This document shows, piece after piece, positions 37,739-47,700 of a stretch of 64,000 nucleotides of DNA. Source of the stretch: Bacteroidota bacterium (GTDB taxonomy: Bacteria; Bacteroidota; Bacteroidia; Chitinophagales; LD1); assembly GCA_018267385.1 (NCBI GenBank), contig JAFDYN010000008.1:62622-126621 (forward strand), read 5' to 3'. Positions within the stretch are counted from its first letter, which is position 1; the number at the start of each line of letters is the position of its first letter. The translations under genes were made by a program, and so were the position numbers. The notes under the pieces are model-generated. The model saw nothing but the letters and a program-made list of their open reading frames with translations. It made no database searches and was not told where the DNA came from.

Positions 37739-39040
37739 ATGAACCGCCGGACCTTTCTCAAAAAAACCAGTGCTACCTTGCCCTTTATTTGGGGTTTGCC
37801 GTCTTTTGCCATATCTCATGCCTCGTTTTTTGAAAATATATCCCTTCAGGGTCCCTATCAGGACCGCGTACTGGTGCTGATCCAGCTAGAGGGGGGCAAT
37901 GATACGCTCAACACTATCATTCCGCTACACCAATATCCCGTCCTCCAAAGGGTTAGGAAAAATATCATTATCCCGGAAAACAAAATCCTATTGCCCAAAG
38001 CCACCGTCGGATTCGGATTTCACCCTTCCATGGCCGGGCTACAGCGACTCTATGACGATAAACTGCTCTCGATAGTGCATGGAGTAGGCTATCCTGATCC
38101 GGACTTCTCGCACTTCAAAGGCACTGATATAAAGATAACGGCAAACATAGCTAAAGGCGAAGGTTCTGACCATTGTCTCTCCGGATGGGTAGGCAGGTAC
38201 GTTGAGTCGCAGTATGAAGGCTACCCCACCGGCTTTCCTAAAAAAACGGGAGACGGGCCACCTGCGGTGCGCATAGGAAATGTATCTCCCAAAATAACAT
38301 CAGGCAATACGGTGGACCTCGGTATAGGATTCAATGATCTGTCAGACTTTGAAAGTCTCGCACCTGATTTTCCGGATAGCCCTGCATTCAGAACTTTGGG
38401 TGGCCAACATGTCACAGACATTACGTCTGTGGTAAAACGGGTAAAGCATTACATACCGGGCATCACATCAGCCGTGGGGAGGCAAAAGAATCTATCAAAG
38501 CTGTATCCTGAGCGCAAAAAAAACCTGCTGGCGGATCGGCTGAAACTAGTGGCTAGCCTCATAGGGGGGGACCTGAGGAGCCAGATATATATAGTGAATC
38601 AGACCGGCTATGATACGCATGGTGATCAGGTGCTGCGCACAGACACTACCAAGGGCCTGCATGCAGATCTGCTCAGAGATCTGTCAGAAGCCATCGTCGC
38701 ATTTCAGGATGACCTGCGTCTGATGGGCAAACTGGATAATGTATTGGGCATGACTTTCTCAGAGTTTGGGCGGCGCATAGTCTCAAATGAATCATGTGGT
38801 ACCGACCATGGCACCGTAGAGGCTGTATTCATGTTTGGCACCAGGCTGCAAAAAAGTTTTGTAGGTGATCTGCCTGCACTTCCCGAAATGCCGACTGTGA
38901 ATGACAATATGGTTTATCACACAGATTTCAGGGCGGTTTATGCCTCTGTTCTCAAAGGCTGGTTTGGCCTGCCCGAGGAAAAAATTAAAACCATATTGCC
39001 CACCGCTCCTCCGGAGAGATTAGACCTTTTCAGATCCTGA
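37739..39040 (+). CDS. DUF1501 family protein (sulfatase/alkaline-phosphatase-like fold) with a Tat signal
   Basis: 'MNRRTFLKK' twin-arginine motif. 'LEGGNDTLNTIIP', 'GYDTHGDQ' and 'SEFGRR...N...GTDHG' are DUF1501 signatures. It starts 3 nt after the DUF1800 stop. Confidence 0.85.
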   Translation: MNRRTFLKKTSATLPFIWGLPSFAISHASFFENISLQGPYQDRVLVLIQLEGGNDTLNTIIPLHQYPVLQRVRKNIIIPENKILLPKATVGFGFHPSMAGLQRLYDDKLLSIVHGVGYPDPDFSHFKGTDIKITANIAKGEGSDHCLSGWVGRYVESQYEGYPTGFPKKTGDGPPAVRIGNVSPKITSGNTVDLGIGFNDLSDFESLAPDFPDSPAFRTLGGQHVTDITSVVKRVKHYIPGITSAVGRQKNLSKLYPERKKNLLADRLKLVASLIGGDLRSQIYIVNQTGYDTHGDQVLRTDTTKGLHADLLRDLSEAIVAFQDDLRLMGKLDNVLGMTFSEFGRRIVSNESCGTDHGTVEAVFMFGTRLQKSFVGDLPALPEMPTVNDNMVYHTDFRAVYASVLKGWFGLPEEKIKTILPTAPPERLDLFRS

Positions 39041-39085
39041 TAGCGGATGATAAATCCTACATATGCCATCATTTATCTATGAATA

Positions 39086-39877
39086 ATGAAAATACTAATG
39101 ATCATATTGTTGCCTTGCCTACTTCTGTCATCTACACTGACGGGTCAGTCTGTACATTCTACGGATCGTCTCACTCCCGTGGAGCGGCGCCTGCTGGATG
39201 ATCTCCAGCGCAATATGGTAAAAGTGCCGGGGGATAGTTTCCGGATGGGAGCCACCAAGGATAAAGAACCGGAGATAGATACCAGGCCTGTGCATACCGT
39301 TTACTTGCACAACTTTCTGATATGCAAATACACCGTCACCCAGCATCTCTGGACTGTGGTGGAAGGCCACAACCCCAGTGGCTCTACTATATGTGACAGC
39401 TGCCCGGTAGAAAAAGTCAGCTGGAGTGAGGCACAGGACTTTATATTGAAACTAAACAAACTGACAGGCAAAAATTACCGATTGCCTACCGAGGCAGAAT
39501 GGGAGTATGCAGCCAAAGGGGGGAGTAAAGGCGGTGACTATCTATACAGCGGCAGCGACGAGATAGACAGTGTGGGGTGGAATGATAATAATAGTGATAA
39601 GCGGTCACACCCGGTAGGAAAACGAAATCCCAATGAGCTCGGTCTGTATGATATGACGGGAAATGTGCTGGAGTGGTGTAGCGACTGGTATCAGGAGGAC
39701 TACTACCGTAAGAGCCCGGTGGTCGATCCACGCGGGCCTGCCTCTGGTCAGAGCAAAGTATTACGTGGCTGTGCCTGGAATATTTTTACCTCAAACTGTG
39801 CCGTCACAGTGCGTGCAGCGCTACCACCTGATAGTCACTATTACAATGTAGGTTTTCGTTTAGCAGCTGATCCATAG
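39086..39877 (+). CDS. formylglycine-generating enzyme (SUMF1/FGE) family protein, secreted
   Basis: Signal peptide. 'F.ICKY.VTQ..W', 'VSW.EAQDF', 'RLPTEAEWEYAAKGG', 'NELGLYDM.GNV.EWC.DWY', 'RGCAW' and 'VGFRLA'. Confidence 0.85.
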   Translation: MKILMIILLPCLLLSSTLTGQSVHSTDRLTPVERRLLDDLQRNMVKVPGDSFRMGATKDKEPEIDTRPVHTVYLHNFLICKYTVTQHLWTVVEGHNPSGSTICDSCPVEKVSWSEAQDFILKLNKLTGKNYRLPTEAEWEYAAKGGSKGGDYLYSGSDEIDSVGWNDNNSDKRSHPVGKRNPNELGLYDMTGNVLEWCSDWYQEDYYRKSPVVDPRGPASGQSKVLRGCAWNIFTSNCAVTVRAALPPDSHYYNVGFRLAADP

Positions 39878-39943
39878 GCCGGCTGAAACGCTACCTACGG
39901 CTGCATGCTTATTCTCGGCCACTCAACCATTATTGTCATTTTT

Positions 39944-39963
39944 TCCTGACAAAATCCTGACAA
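39944..39963 (+). promoter_or_regulatory. 9-bp direct repeat (tcctgacaa, aa, tcctgacaa) upstream of tonB; candidate operator
   Basis: Exact copies at 39944-39952 and 39955-39963 give an 11-bp period. They are flanked by T-runs and lie about 55-75 nt upstream of the likely TonB start. Confidence 0.3.
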
Positions 39964-40016
39964 TGTTTTTTGTGGAATAGGGCCCCTACGTGCATGATAC
40001 TGGCAAATCAGCAATC

Positions 40017-40856
40017 ATGAAAAACACAACCAACTACGACGGCCTGTCTATGGATGACATCATCTTTGATGGCCGCAACAAAGCCTACGGCGCCTATGAG
40101 CTGCGCCAGTCTTACAACCGTCGCATCAAGCAGGGTTTACTCGGCGCACTCGCACTCAGCGCCCTGCTCTGTAGCTACCAGTCTCTCATGGCCCTCTACC
40201 ACCCTGTCCATGCGCTGGAGCACAAGCAGGTGGTAGCAGATCTCAAAAACGTGACGGTAGAAAAGATCGAGACCATCGAGATGACCAAACCCAAAACGCC
40301 GCCACTGCCCAAGGCCACACCTGCACCTAAAGGTGTATCTGACCCGCCCACTGTGCGCAGTACCGCGATACTGATCCCCACCAATACGGAGCATGCCACT
40401 GACAGCATTCCACACAATGATATGCTGGCCATCACCGCCACCGGCGACCAGAATAAGAGTGGCACCACGCCTGGCGATAAAAAGGGTGATCCAAACGGAG
40501 ATATAGCGACTACAGTGGCAAGAGCAGTACAGCCAGCCACTGAGACGGTAGACTGGGCATCAGTGATGCCGGAATACCCCGGGGGTGAGCCAGCCATGAT
40601 GCACCAGATCACCAGCCAGATAGACTACCCTGATGATGCCAAAGCGCTAGATATACAAGGCCGTGTAGTAGTAGGATTCATAGTAGATGAGAATGGCAAT
40701 GTGGGTGATGTGCGCGTAGTGCGCGGCCTCAACCGGTCCCTGGATGAAGAGTCGATACGTGTAGTACGCAAACTACAGCGCTTCAAACCCGGCTCTCAGG
40801 GGGGCAAGCCGGTACGGGTACGCTTCACCCTACCCATCATGTACAGGCTCAGCTAA
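40017..40856 (+). CDS. energy transducer TonB family protein
   Basis: 'RNKAYGAYELRQSY' precedes a TM helix. Pro-rich spacer 'KPKTPPLPKATPAPKG'. The C-terminal 'PEYPGGEPAMMHQI...YPDDAKALDIQGRVVVGFIVDENGNV.DVRVVRG....DEE.IRVV' is the TonB_C domain. Confidence 0.8.
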   Translation: MKNTTNYDGLSMDDIIFDGRNKAYGAYELRQSYNRRIKQGLLGALALSALLCSYQSLMALYHPVHALEHKQVVADLKNVTVEKIETIEMTKPKTPPLPKATPAPKGVSDPPTVRSTAILIPTNTEHATDSIPHNDMLAITATGDQNKSGTTPGDKKGDPNGDIATTVARAVQPATETVDWASVMPEYPGGEPAMMHQITSQIDYPDDAKALDIQGRVVVGFIVDENGNVGDVRVVRGLNRSLDEESIRVVRKLQRFKPGSQGGKPVRVRFTLPIMYRLS

Positions 40857-41102
40857 AACACAAACGTCAGGATCTGGCCTCCAGGCGGGCGCAGGGATGT
40901 ATTTTGACCACATCGCCTGTAGCCCGCCTCAGTGATATATGTCCTGGCTGTCAGACTTATATAGCGCGCAATGCTACACTATTCGGTTATTGGCCCGAAC
41001 ATCTACCCGACTTACCTGTTTTTTACGATTTGCAGATCCCTTTTTGCCTTAAAATAAGTATATATGCTAAACGTCATCTGATATATACCTCCACATACAC
41101 AC

Positions 41103-41690
41103 ATGGCCAGGCCTTCCATAATATTATTACTACTCATAGCTGCGCTGCATACGCAGGCCCAGAATCTTGCCTTCACCCTTTACCTATTTGGCGATAGTAT
41201 AGGCAATAGCAAGATCACTAAGAAGCATGAAGGTAGTAACGATATATATGTGCTCGATACCTATGCCAAGGCCAAGATACTCTGGGTGACGCGCGAGAAT
41301 CATACCCACTATGAGGCTGTCTATCGCGATGGCAAACTGCAATCATCCGTGTACTATGAGATCAATAACGGCAAGAAAGATAAGTGGAGTAATATCAGGT
41401 TTGATGGCAGGCAGTACAATGCAGATACCTATATGGGCAAGAAGACCTGGACCGAAGCGCCTACCCACTCCATAGGCACGATGTATTGTGATGGCTATGC
41501 CCCAAATAAAAAGCGTTTCTTTAACGAGGCGCAGGCTGATTTTAATGAGTTATCTTTTCCCCAGGCCAATGTCATAGAGTTCAAAAGCTCTGATGGCAAT
41601 AGAAATGTCTACCACTTCAAAAATGGTCAGATAGATGATGTAGAGTGCCACACGTCCATCGCCACCCTGCATATCCGGAGGACCAGATGA
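41103..41690 (+). CDS. hypothetical secreted protein
   Basis: Signal peptide MARPSIILLLLIAALHTQAQ. No family recognised. Confidence 0.5.
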   Translation: MARPSIILLLLIAALHTQAQNLAFTLYLFGDSIGNSKITKKHEGSNDIYVLDTYAKAKILWVTRENHTHYEAVYRDGKLQSSVYYEINNGKKDKWSNIRFDGRQYNADTYMGKKTWTEAPTHSIGTMYCDGYAPNKKRFFNEAQADFNELSFPQANVIEFKSSDGNRNVYHFKNGQIDDVECHTSIATLHIRRTR

Positions 41691-41712
41691 GCGCATTGGC
41701 GGTTCTGTTTTA

Positions 41713-42375
41713 TTGAAACCCTTTCATCCATCTGATGTGAAAATTGAAGCGTTGATATTTGACCTGGGAGGAGTTGTTTTCGACTATTCATTTGAGCAGG
41801 CCTATCACGCATGGTCTGCGATAACAGGCCGTCCGGCATCAGAGATCAAAGAATGCTTCCATTTTTCAGGGGACTTTGAGCGCTTTGAACGTGGCGTTAT
41901 CACACCAGAGCAATTTATCGCATCTGTCTCCACTCAGCTAGGGCATACATTTGATGCAGATAGTTTTGAAAAGGGCTGGAATGCGATCTACAATGATGTG
42001 ATACCGGGCATGGACCAGCTGCTCGCATCCCTCCATACTGACTATCCTCTCGTAGCATTGACCAATACGAACCAGATTCATGCAAAGGTATGGAAGGGGA
42101 AATATGCCACGGTACTACAGCACTTTGACAAGGTTTTCGTTTCATATGAAATGGCAGCGAGGAAACCTGAGCAGCACGTATTCCGGATGGTGACAGACTA
42201 TCTCCGGCTCCCTGCAGATCATATCCTCTTCCTGGATGATAACAGGGACTATACAGCGAGTGCCGCCGGTATGGGGATGCATGCAGCTACAGTATCTTCA
42301 TACGATCAGGTGGTAGCCGCACTGGCGCATCATGGCGTGTACCCGACTGCCCACCTTGCCCCGCCGCATAAATAA
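41713..42375 (+). CDS. HAD-superfamily hydrolase (subfamily IA)
   Basis: Motif I 'LIFDLGGVV', motif II 'ALTNTN' and motif IV 'FLDDN'. The start could instead be GTG 41737. Confidence 0.75.
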   Translation: MKPFHPSDVKIEALIFDLGGVVFDYSFEQAYHAWSAITGRPASEIKECFHFSGDFERFERGVITPEQFIASVSTQLGHTFDADSFEKGWNAIYNDVIPGMDQLLASLHTDYPLVALTNTNQIHAKVWKGKYATVLQHFDKVFVSYEMAARKPEQHVFRMVTDYLRLPADHILFLDDNRDYTASAAGMGMHAATVSSYDQVVAALAHHGVYPTAHLAPPHK

Positions 42376-42433
42376 TCCTAACCCATTTCACAGGTCGGCT
42401 TTAGTTTGATATATTTAGACTACAAAACCGAGC

Positions 42434-44506
42434 ATGAGCCTCCGCTATAGTCTTCTTGTAGTCTTCATATCCCTGCTGCTGATCCCCGCGTGCAAAACGA
42501 AACAAGCGCCGCTCACCGGCCCTGTAGCCTACGACCTGAAGGAATACAATGCCTCTGCCGAAATGCTCCAGAAGGACTTTGGCACGGAGCACGATCCCAC
42601 GCGCAAAAGAGAGATAGCCTACCAGATAGCAGAGTCATACCGCCACTATGGCAATGTCAGCACTGCTGCTGACTGGTACCGCAAGGCCGCCGACCTCGGT
42701 GATGACCACTCTCTCTACATGCTGGGCCGTATGCAGATGATGGCAGAGCAGTATGACGAGGCGCAAAAGACCTTTGAAAAATATGGCCAGCGCGACGCCG
42801 TGAGCAAGAGCCTGGCTATCGCTCAGCTGCGCAATATCAAAAACGCCCTCGACTGGAAGAAGAATGTGATCCGCACACAGATCACCGCTCTATCCTACCT
42901 CAATACACCTCAGAATGACTGGAGCCCGATACTGTACAAGGGCCGCATCGTGATAGCCTCTGACCGCGAGGATGCTACAGGCGGCATACCTGATGCATGG
43001 ACAGGCGGCAAACCGGGTGACCTCTACATCTCTGATCTCGATCCCCGCGCACATGCTGATAAATTCAGCACGGCCATAGATACCAAAGACGATGAAGGCT
43101 CCTGCACCTTTACCAAAGATGGTAATGAGATGTACTTCACCCGCTGCGGCGTTTTTGATAATGATGACAATAAGAATCGCCCCACGGGCAATGCCTACTG
43201 CCATATCTACTATAGCCGCCAGAATAACGGCACCTGGTCTGAGCCTGAGCTGATACACCTCTTTGATGATACGGTGAATGTACGTGAGCCCGCCCTCTCG
43301 CGTGATGGCAAGATACTCTTTGTGTCATCAGACCTCCGCGCAGGATTTGGTGGCCGTGACCTCTACTACTTTACCAAGACTGACAGCGGATGGGCTGGCC
43401 CGCACAACGCAGGCAACGCTGTCAATACCTCGGGCGATGAGTGCTTCCCGTGGCTGGACGAGCGCAATAACCTCTACTTTGCCTCCAATGGCCTGCCCGG
43501 CATGGGTGGCTTTGATATCTTCAAGGCTGTAAAAGGCAAAACAGTCTGGAAAGACGCCACCAACCTCCGCGCACCGATCAATAGCGGTGCAGATGACTTT
43601 GGCCTGGTGATAGAGAAATACAAGCCCAAGGATATCAATGACACGATACTGTTTGCGGGCTACTTTACCTCCTCGCGGCCCGGTGGCAAAGGCGGTGATG
43701 ACATCTACTACTTCCAGGACCCCTGGGTCAACTACTTTACACTGAAGGGCAAGACCCTGGCTAAACAATACGAAAACCCCGAGGATCCTGACAGCAAGAT
43801 GCTCGGCATACTGCCCCTGCCCGGTGTGCGCGTAGAGCTGAAAGACCCTGTGACCGATAGCGTCATAGCCTCTGCCCTGTCTGACAAGGGAGGTAACTAT
43901 ACTTTCTCTCTTGAGTCAGAGCGCGACTACAAACTGACCGGCAGCAAGTATGATTACTTCAATAAAAACGAAAGCGTCACCACCAAAGGCAAGCGCCACC
44001 AGGACTCTGTCTACATCACCCTCCATCAGGATCTGGAGCTGGACAAGATCTTCAAGCAGAAGATGATCGTGATACCTAATATTTACTATGACTATGACAA
44101 GGCCACCCTGCGCCCTGAGTCCAAAGTAGTACTCGACTCGGTGCTCTCCTTCTTCAAAGACAATAAAGACCTGACCATAGAGATCGGCTCTCACACCGAT
44201 AGCCGCGGCAGCGATGCGTACAACCTCAAGCTCTCACAGGCCCGCGCTCAGTCGGTGGTGGACTACCTGGTAGAGAAAGGTATCAATCGTGACCGTCTCA
44301 TAGCCACCGGCTACGGCGAGACCAAACTCGTAAACAAATGTGCGAACGGCGTGCCATGTACCGAAGAGGAACACGTACTCAACCGCCGCACCACCTTCCG
44401 CATCGTCGGCTCCAAGCAGCCTATCGAGTCCGTAGAACCCGCAGATGTACCCGTAGAGAGCGAGCCTGCGCAGGATACTATCCCTACCATACCTGACAAA
44501 AAATAA
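42434..44506 (+). CDS. OmpA-family protein (TPR + TolB-like beta-propeller + CarboxypepD_reg + OmpA_C)
   Basis: Lipoprotein-like N-terminus (LLLIPAC). WD40-like 'PD40' repeats. The C-terminal 'NIYYDYDKATLRPES...L..V......L.IEIGSHTDSRGSDAYNLKLSQARAQSVVDYL...GI...R....GYGE' is the OmpA peptidoglycan-binding domain. Confidence 0.85.
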   Translation: MSLRYSLLVVFISLLLIPACKTKQAPLTGPVAYDLKEYNASAEMLQKDFGTEHDPTRKREIAYQIAESYRHYGNVSTAADWYRKAADLGDDHSLYMLGRMQMMAEQYDEAQKTFEKYGQRDAVSKSLAIAQLRNIKNALDWKKNVIRTQITALSYLNTPQNDWSPILYKGRIVIASDREDATGGIPDAWTGGKPGDLYISDLDPRAHADKFSTAIDTKDDEGSCTFTKDGNEMYFTRCGVFDNDDNKNRPTGNAYCHIYYSRQNNGTWSEPELIHLFDDTVNVREPALSRDGKILFVSSDLRAGFGGRDLYYFTKTDSGWAGPHNAGNAVNTSGDECFPWLDERNNLYFASNGLPGMGGFDIFKAVKGKTVWKDATNLRAPINSGADDFGLVIEKYKPKDINDTILFAGYFTSSRPGGKGGDDIYYFQDPWVNYFTLKGKTLAKQYENPEDPDSKMLGILPLPGVRVELKDPVTDSVIASALSDKGGNYTFSLESERDYKLTGSKYDYFNKNESVTTKGKRHQDSVYITLHQDLELDKIFKQKMIVIPNIYYDYDKATLRPESKVVLDSVLSFFKDNKDLTIEIGSHTDSRGSDAYNLKLSQARAQSVVDYLVEKGINRDRLIATGYGETKLVNKCANGVPCTEEEHVLNRRTTFRIVGSKQPIESVEPADVPVESEPAQDTIPTIPDKK

Positions 44507-44660
44507 ACCCCTCATTTGCGAGAAAAATTTCCATATAAAATAGATGTGAGATTTTTCAAAGCGATCTTCAGTTTACGAAGCTATAAGCCATATCTCGACA
44601 ATAAGGCTGAATCGAGCCCTTGATCTCCTTACCAAATGTACTTAGCGGCTGATCGGTGCT

Positions 44661-44699
44661 ACCAAAAAGAAATGCCCCTCTGACCGATATCAGAGGGGC
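44661..44699 (-). terminator. Rho-independent terminator of the tail-collar gene
   Basis: gcccctctga (44674-44683) and tcagaggggc (44690-44699) form a perfect 10-bp stem. On the minus strand it is followed by atttcttttt. Confidence 0.7.
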
Positions 44700-44719
44700 G
44701 CCACATATATTTTAGCTGA

Positions 44720-47700
44720 CTAGTATGACCGCACCATGAGGCCCACTATGATCGCAACATTCTGCGTAGAAGAAGACGCCTCGCGCAGGTAGACATCAAA
44801 GCTATTGGTCTGTATATTGCCCACGATAGCGAAAACATCATTATCAGCATTCCACTGACCTCCGCTGGAGGTATTAGAACCCGGATTGATAGACATCACC
44901 GTGATCAGTGGCAGATAGCTGGATATACTTTGCGAGAGAGTGATGGTCACTGACGCATCGCTGCCACTGCTGTAGTTTCTTGTAGCCCCTGATACGATAC
45001 CCGTAGCACTGCTCGGGGTGAAGCTGCCTCCTACGTCACCCAGGTTGATAGTGCCATAGAGCATCGCTACCATACCATTAGATGGAGAGTTAGTCAGTAG
45101 ACCACTATTGTCGCTGTAGACTATCCTATTACCAGCAGTACCATTAGTCAGACTGCCTATGCGCGTACCCCCAGTGAAATCGTTGCCATAGTTTACATCC
45201 AGTACATTGCCGCCATCCTTCACGAGTGCTCGTGAGGAGCCGGAGTTGCCCCGGCTGCTCTGGTCGGTATTACCGAGTATAAAGTCAAAGCCACCGTTGG
45301 TCATATTGCCACTCACCCTGCTGGTACCGGTCACATCGAGCGTGTATGCCGGGCTAGCCGTACCGACACCCAAACTGCCGGATACGATCAGGCCATTGGT
45401 AGGTGCAGCATTGGTGCCTGCATAGCTGCCTACTGCTACCCCACCGCTCACATCCAGCTTAGAGAGTGGCCCGGAGGTACCTATCCCTACACTGCCACCG
45501 TTCAGGTAGCTGCTGCCGGAGCTATTGAGGTAGACAGTCTTTGTTCCCTGATTGCTGATAGCAAAGCCATGCGCGCCGGCAGCATTATTGGTCATCCACT
45601 CCAGGTCGCCGTCTGCCGGGGAGTAGAGCTTTTTGTCAGTAGCATTGAGCCCCGTACCCGAAAATCCCAGGCCACCGTTACTACCTATCTCCAGTTTCTG
45701 AGAGGGTGAGGTAGTGGCGACGCCTACGTTACCCGTATTGAGTATCATCATGCTGACCAGCGCACTGGTCGTAGCAGTTTTGTCAGAGCCTTGTGTCAGC
45801 AGCGCCAGGCTGGATCCGTTAGAGCCGATACGGGCCCAGCTACCGGTGGTGCTGGATTTGAGCTGCACCAGCGCATCTGTACTGCTCAGGTCTACATTCA
45901 TGGCCTGAGAGGTACTGCTATTTACCACATTCAGGTTATTGGCCGGGCTGGTGGTACCGATACCTACGTAGCCACTTTCATTGATCACCATGGCACTATT
46001 GGTCACGCCCGAGCCGCTGCTATTAGACGTACCAAAATACAGCTTCGTGCCTGACGCGTTGGCCTGTGAGGCGATACGCGCCGTAGGATTATTGCCGGCA
46101 TCATTGATGAAATCCAGCGCTGTAAAGTTGCCATTGACATAAGAAGACGCCTCATCTGTGATCGTACCCTTCTGTGTGCCTGTGAAACTCGATATCTGAG
46201 ATCCCTTCACATCGAGCATAGAGAGCGGATTGGTGGTACCCACACCTACATTACCGCCGGCATTGTACAGGTTGCTTGTAGGCGTCCAGTTGCTGCCATT
46301 GTAGTAGAGGGTCTGGCCCGGCGTGCCGCTGCTGAGGCTCACAGAGGTGATACCCGCAGTAGCTACGTTAGATGCTTTGATGATGTAGTTTACCACCTGG
46401 TATGGGTCATAGGTATTGATAGCAGGTGCGGTCACACTGCCTGATATACTCGTGGTCGGCACCGTGAAAGGAATATTGGGCGTAGTGCTAGGGTTGCCGC
46501 TATTGAAAGTCGCATCTCCGCTCGTACCCGCAGTGCCTATGCTACCCGATACAGAGAGTGACGGTATACTGTGGCTGTGAGCAGAGCCGACATTGGAGGT
46601 GATAGCAGGGACATTGATCGTGTGATTATGACTACCTGCAGAGATGATGATGCCGGTATTGGCATTGGACGTAGCGCCGCGGTCTGAGGTAGAGACACCA
46701 CCGCCGCCGGAGCTCATGCCATAGTGGAAAGTATTCGGATTGCCCGCAGCGTAGCCGCCGTCATTAGACCGGAGGCCCACATTATGCTGGTGCGCACCTG
46801 CACCATCTGTAGTGCTGAAAGACTGCGCCGGTACGACGTGCGTATGCGAGGCCTCTGTGCCGGTGGTACCGGTACCTGTGCTCAGGGAGAAGCTATGCGA
46901 GTGAGCCGGCACGGTATGCACGTGATTGGGCAGTGTGGCATTGATAGTAGAGGATGGGAATTGCAGGTTGTGCGTCAGCGTGGGCGTAGTGCTGGTAGAG
47001 CCACCGCTCAGGCCGAGCGAACTGTATGGGGCTACGCCACTCAGGCCAAAGGCCGCCTTGCCACGCAGGTCGGGCAGGTTGAATGTACTACCTGAGCCAC
47101 CGTAGGTATACCCTATCACAGCATAGAGCGCGGCATAGGTACCCGTGGTACTCTGAGACGAGCCATCGCATAGCAGCCAGCCCGGAGGCGGGGTGCTGCC
47201 ACCGTAGCTGGTGATCGTACCAATCGGCACTTGTGCATTTACAGATTGCCACTGTGTACCATCATAGTACTCCAGCACGCCCAGATCACTATTAAACCTC
47301 GTAGCGCCTGCCAATGGCGAGAGCGGCCTCTGGGCAGTCGTACCGTTTGGCAGCTTCACTGCATCTGTCGTACGCACATCCAGCGCCACAGACGGCGTAG
47401 TGGCGGAGAAGTTGCCTATACCCACATTACCGGATACATATTGATTACTCGTGGTCACTGCCGGGCTGGCGGAGGTATTGGCTATGGTCCAGTCCTTTGA
47501 GCTGGCACCGGCATCAGAGATGCGCACCCATTGAGTGCCATCCCAGTAGTAGAAGCCCGGAGTCACCGCAGTCGTTCCGCTACCGGCAGTAGCAGTATTA
47601 TACACCAGTGTAGAGGTGGTAGGGCTCAGTGCCAGCGGAGCAAAGTTACTGGTAGATGTCAAAGCCACGCGTGGCAAGAGTACACCGTCTGTAGAACTTG

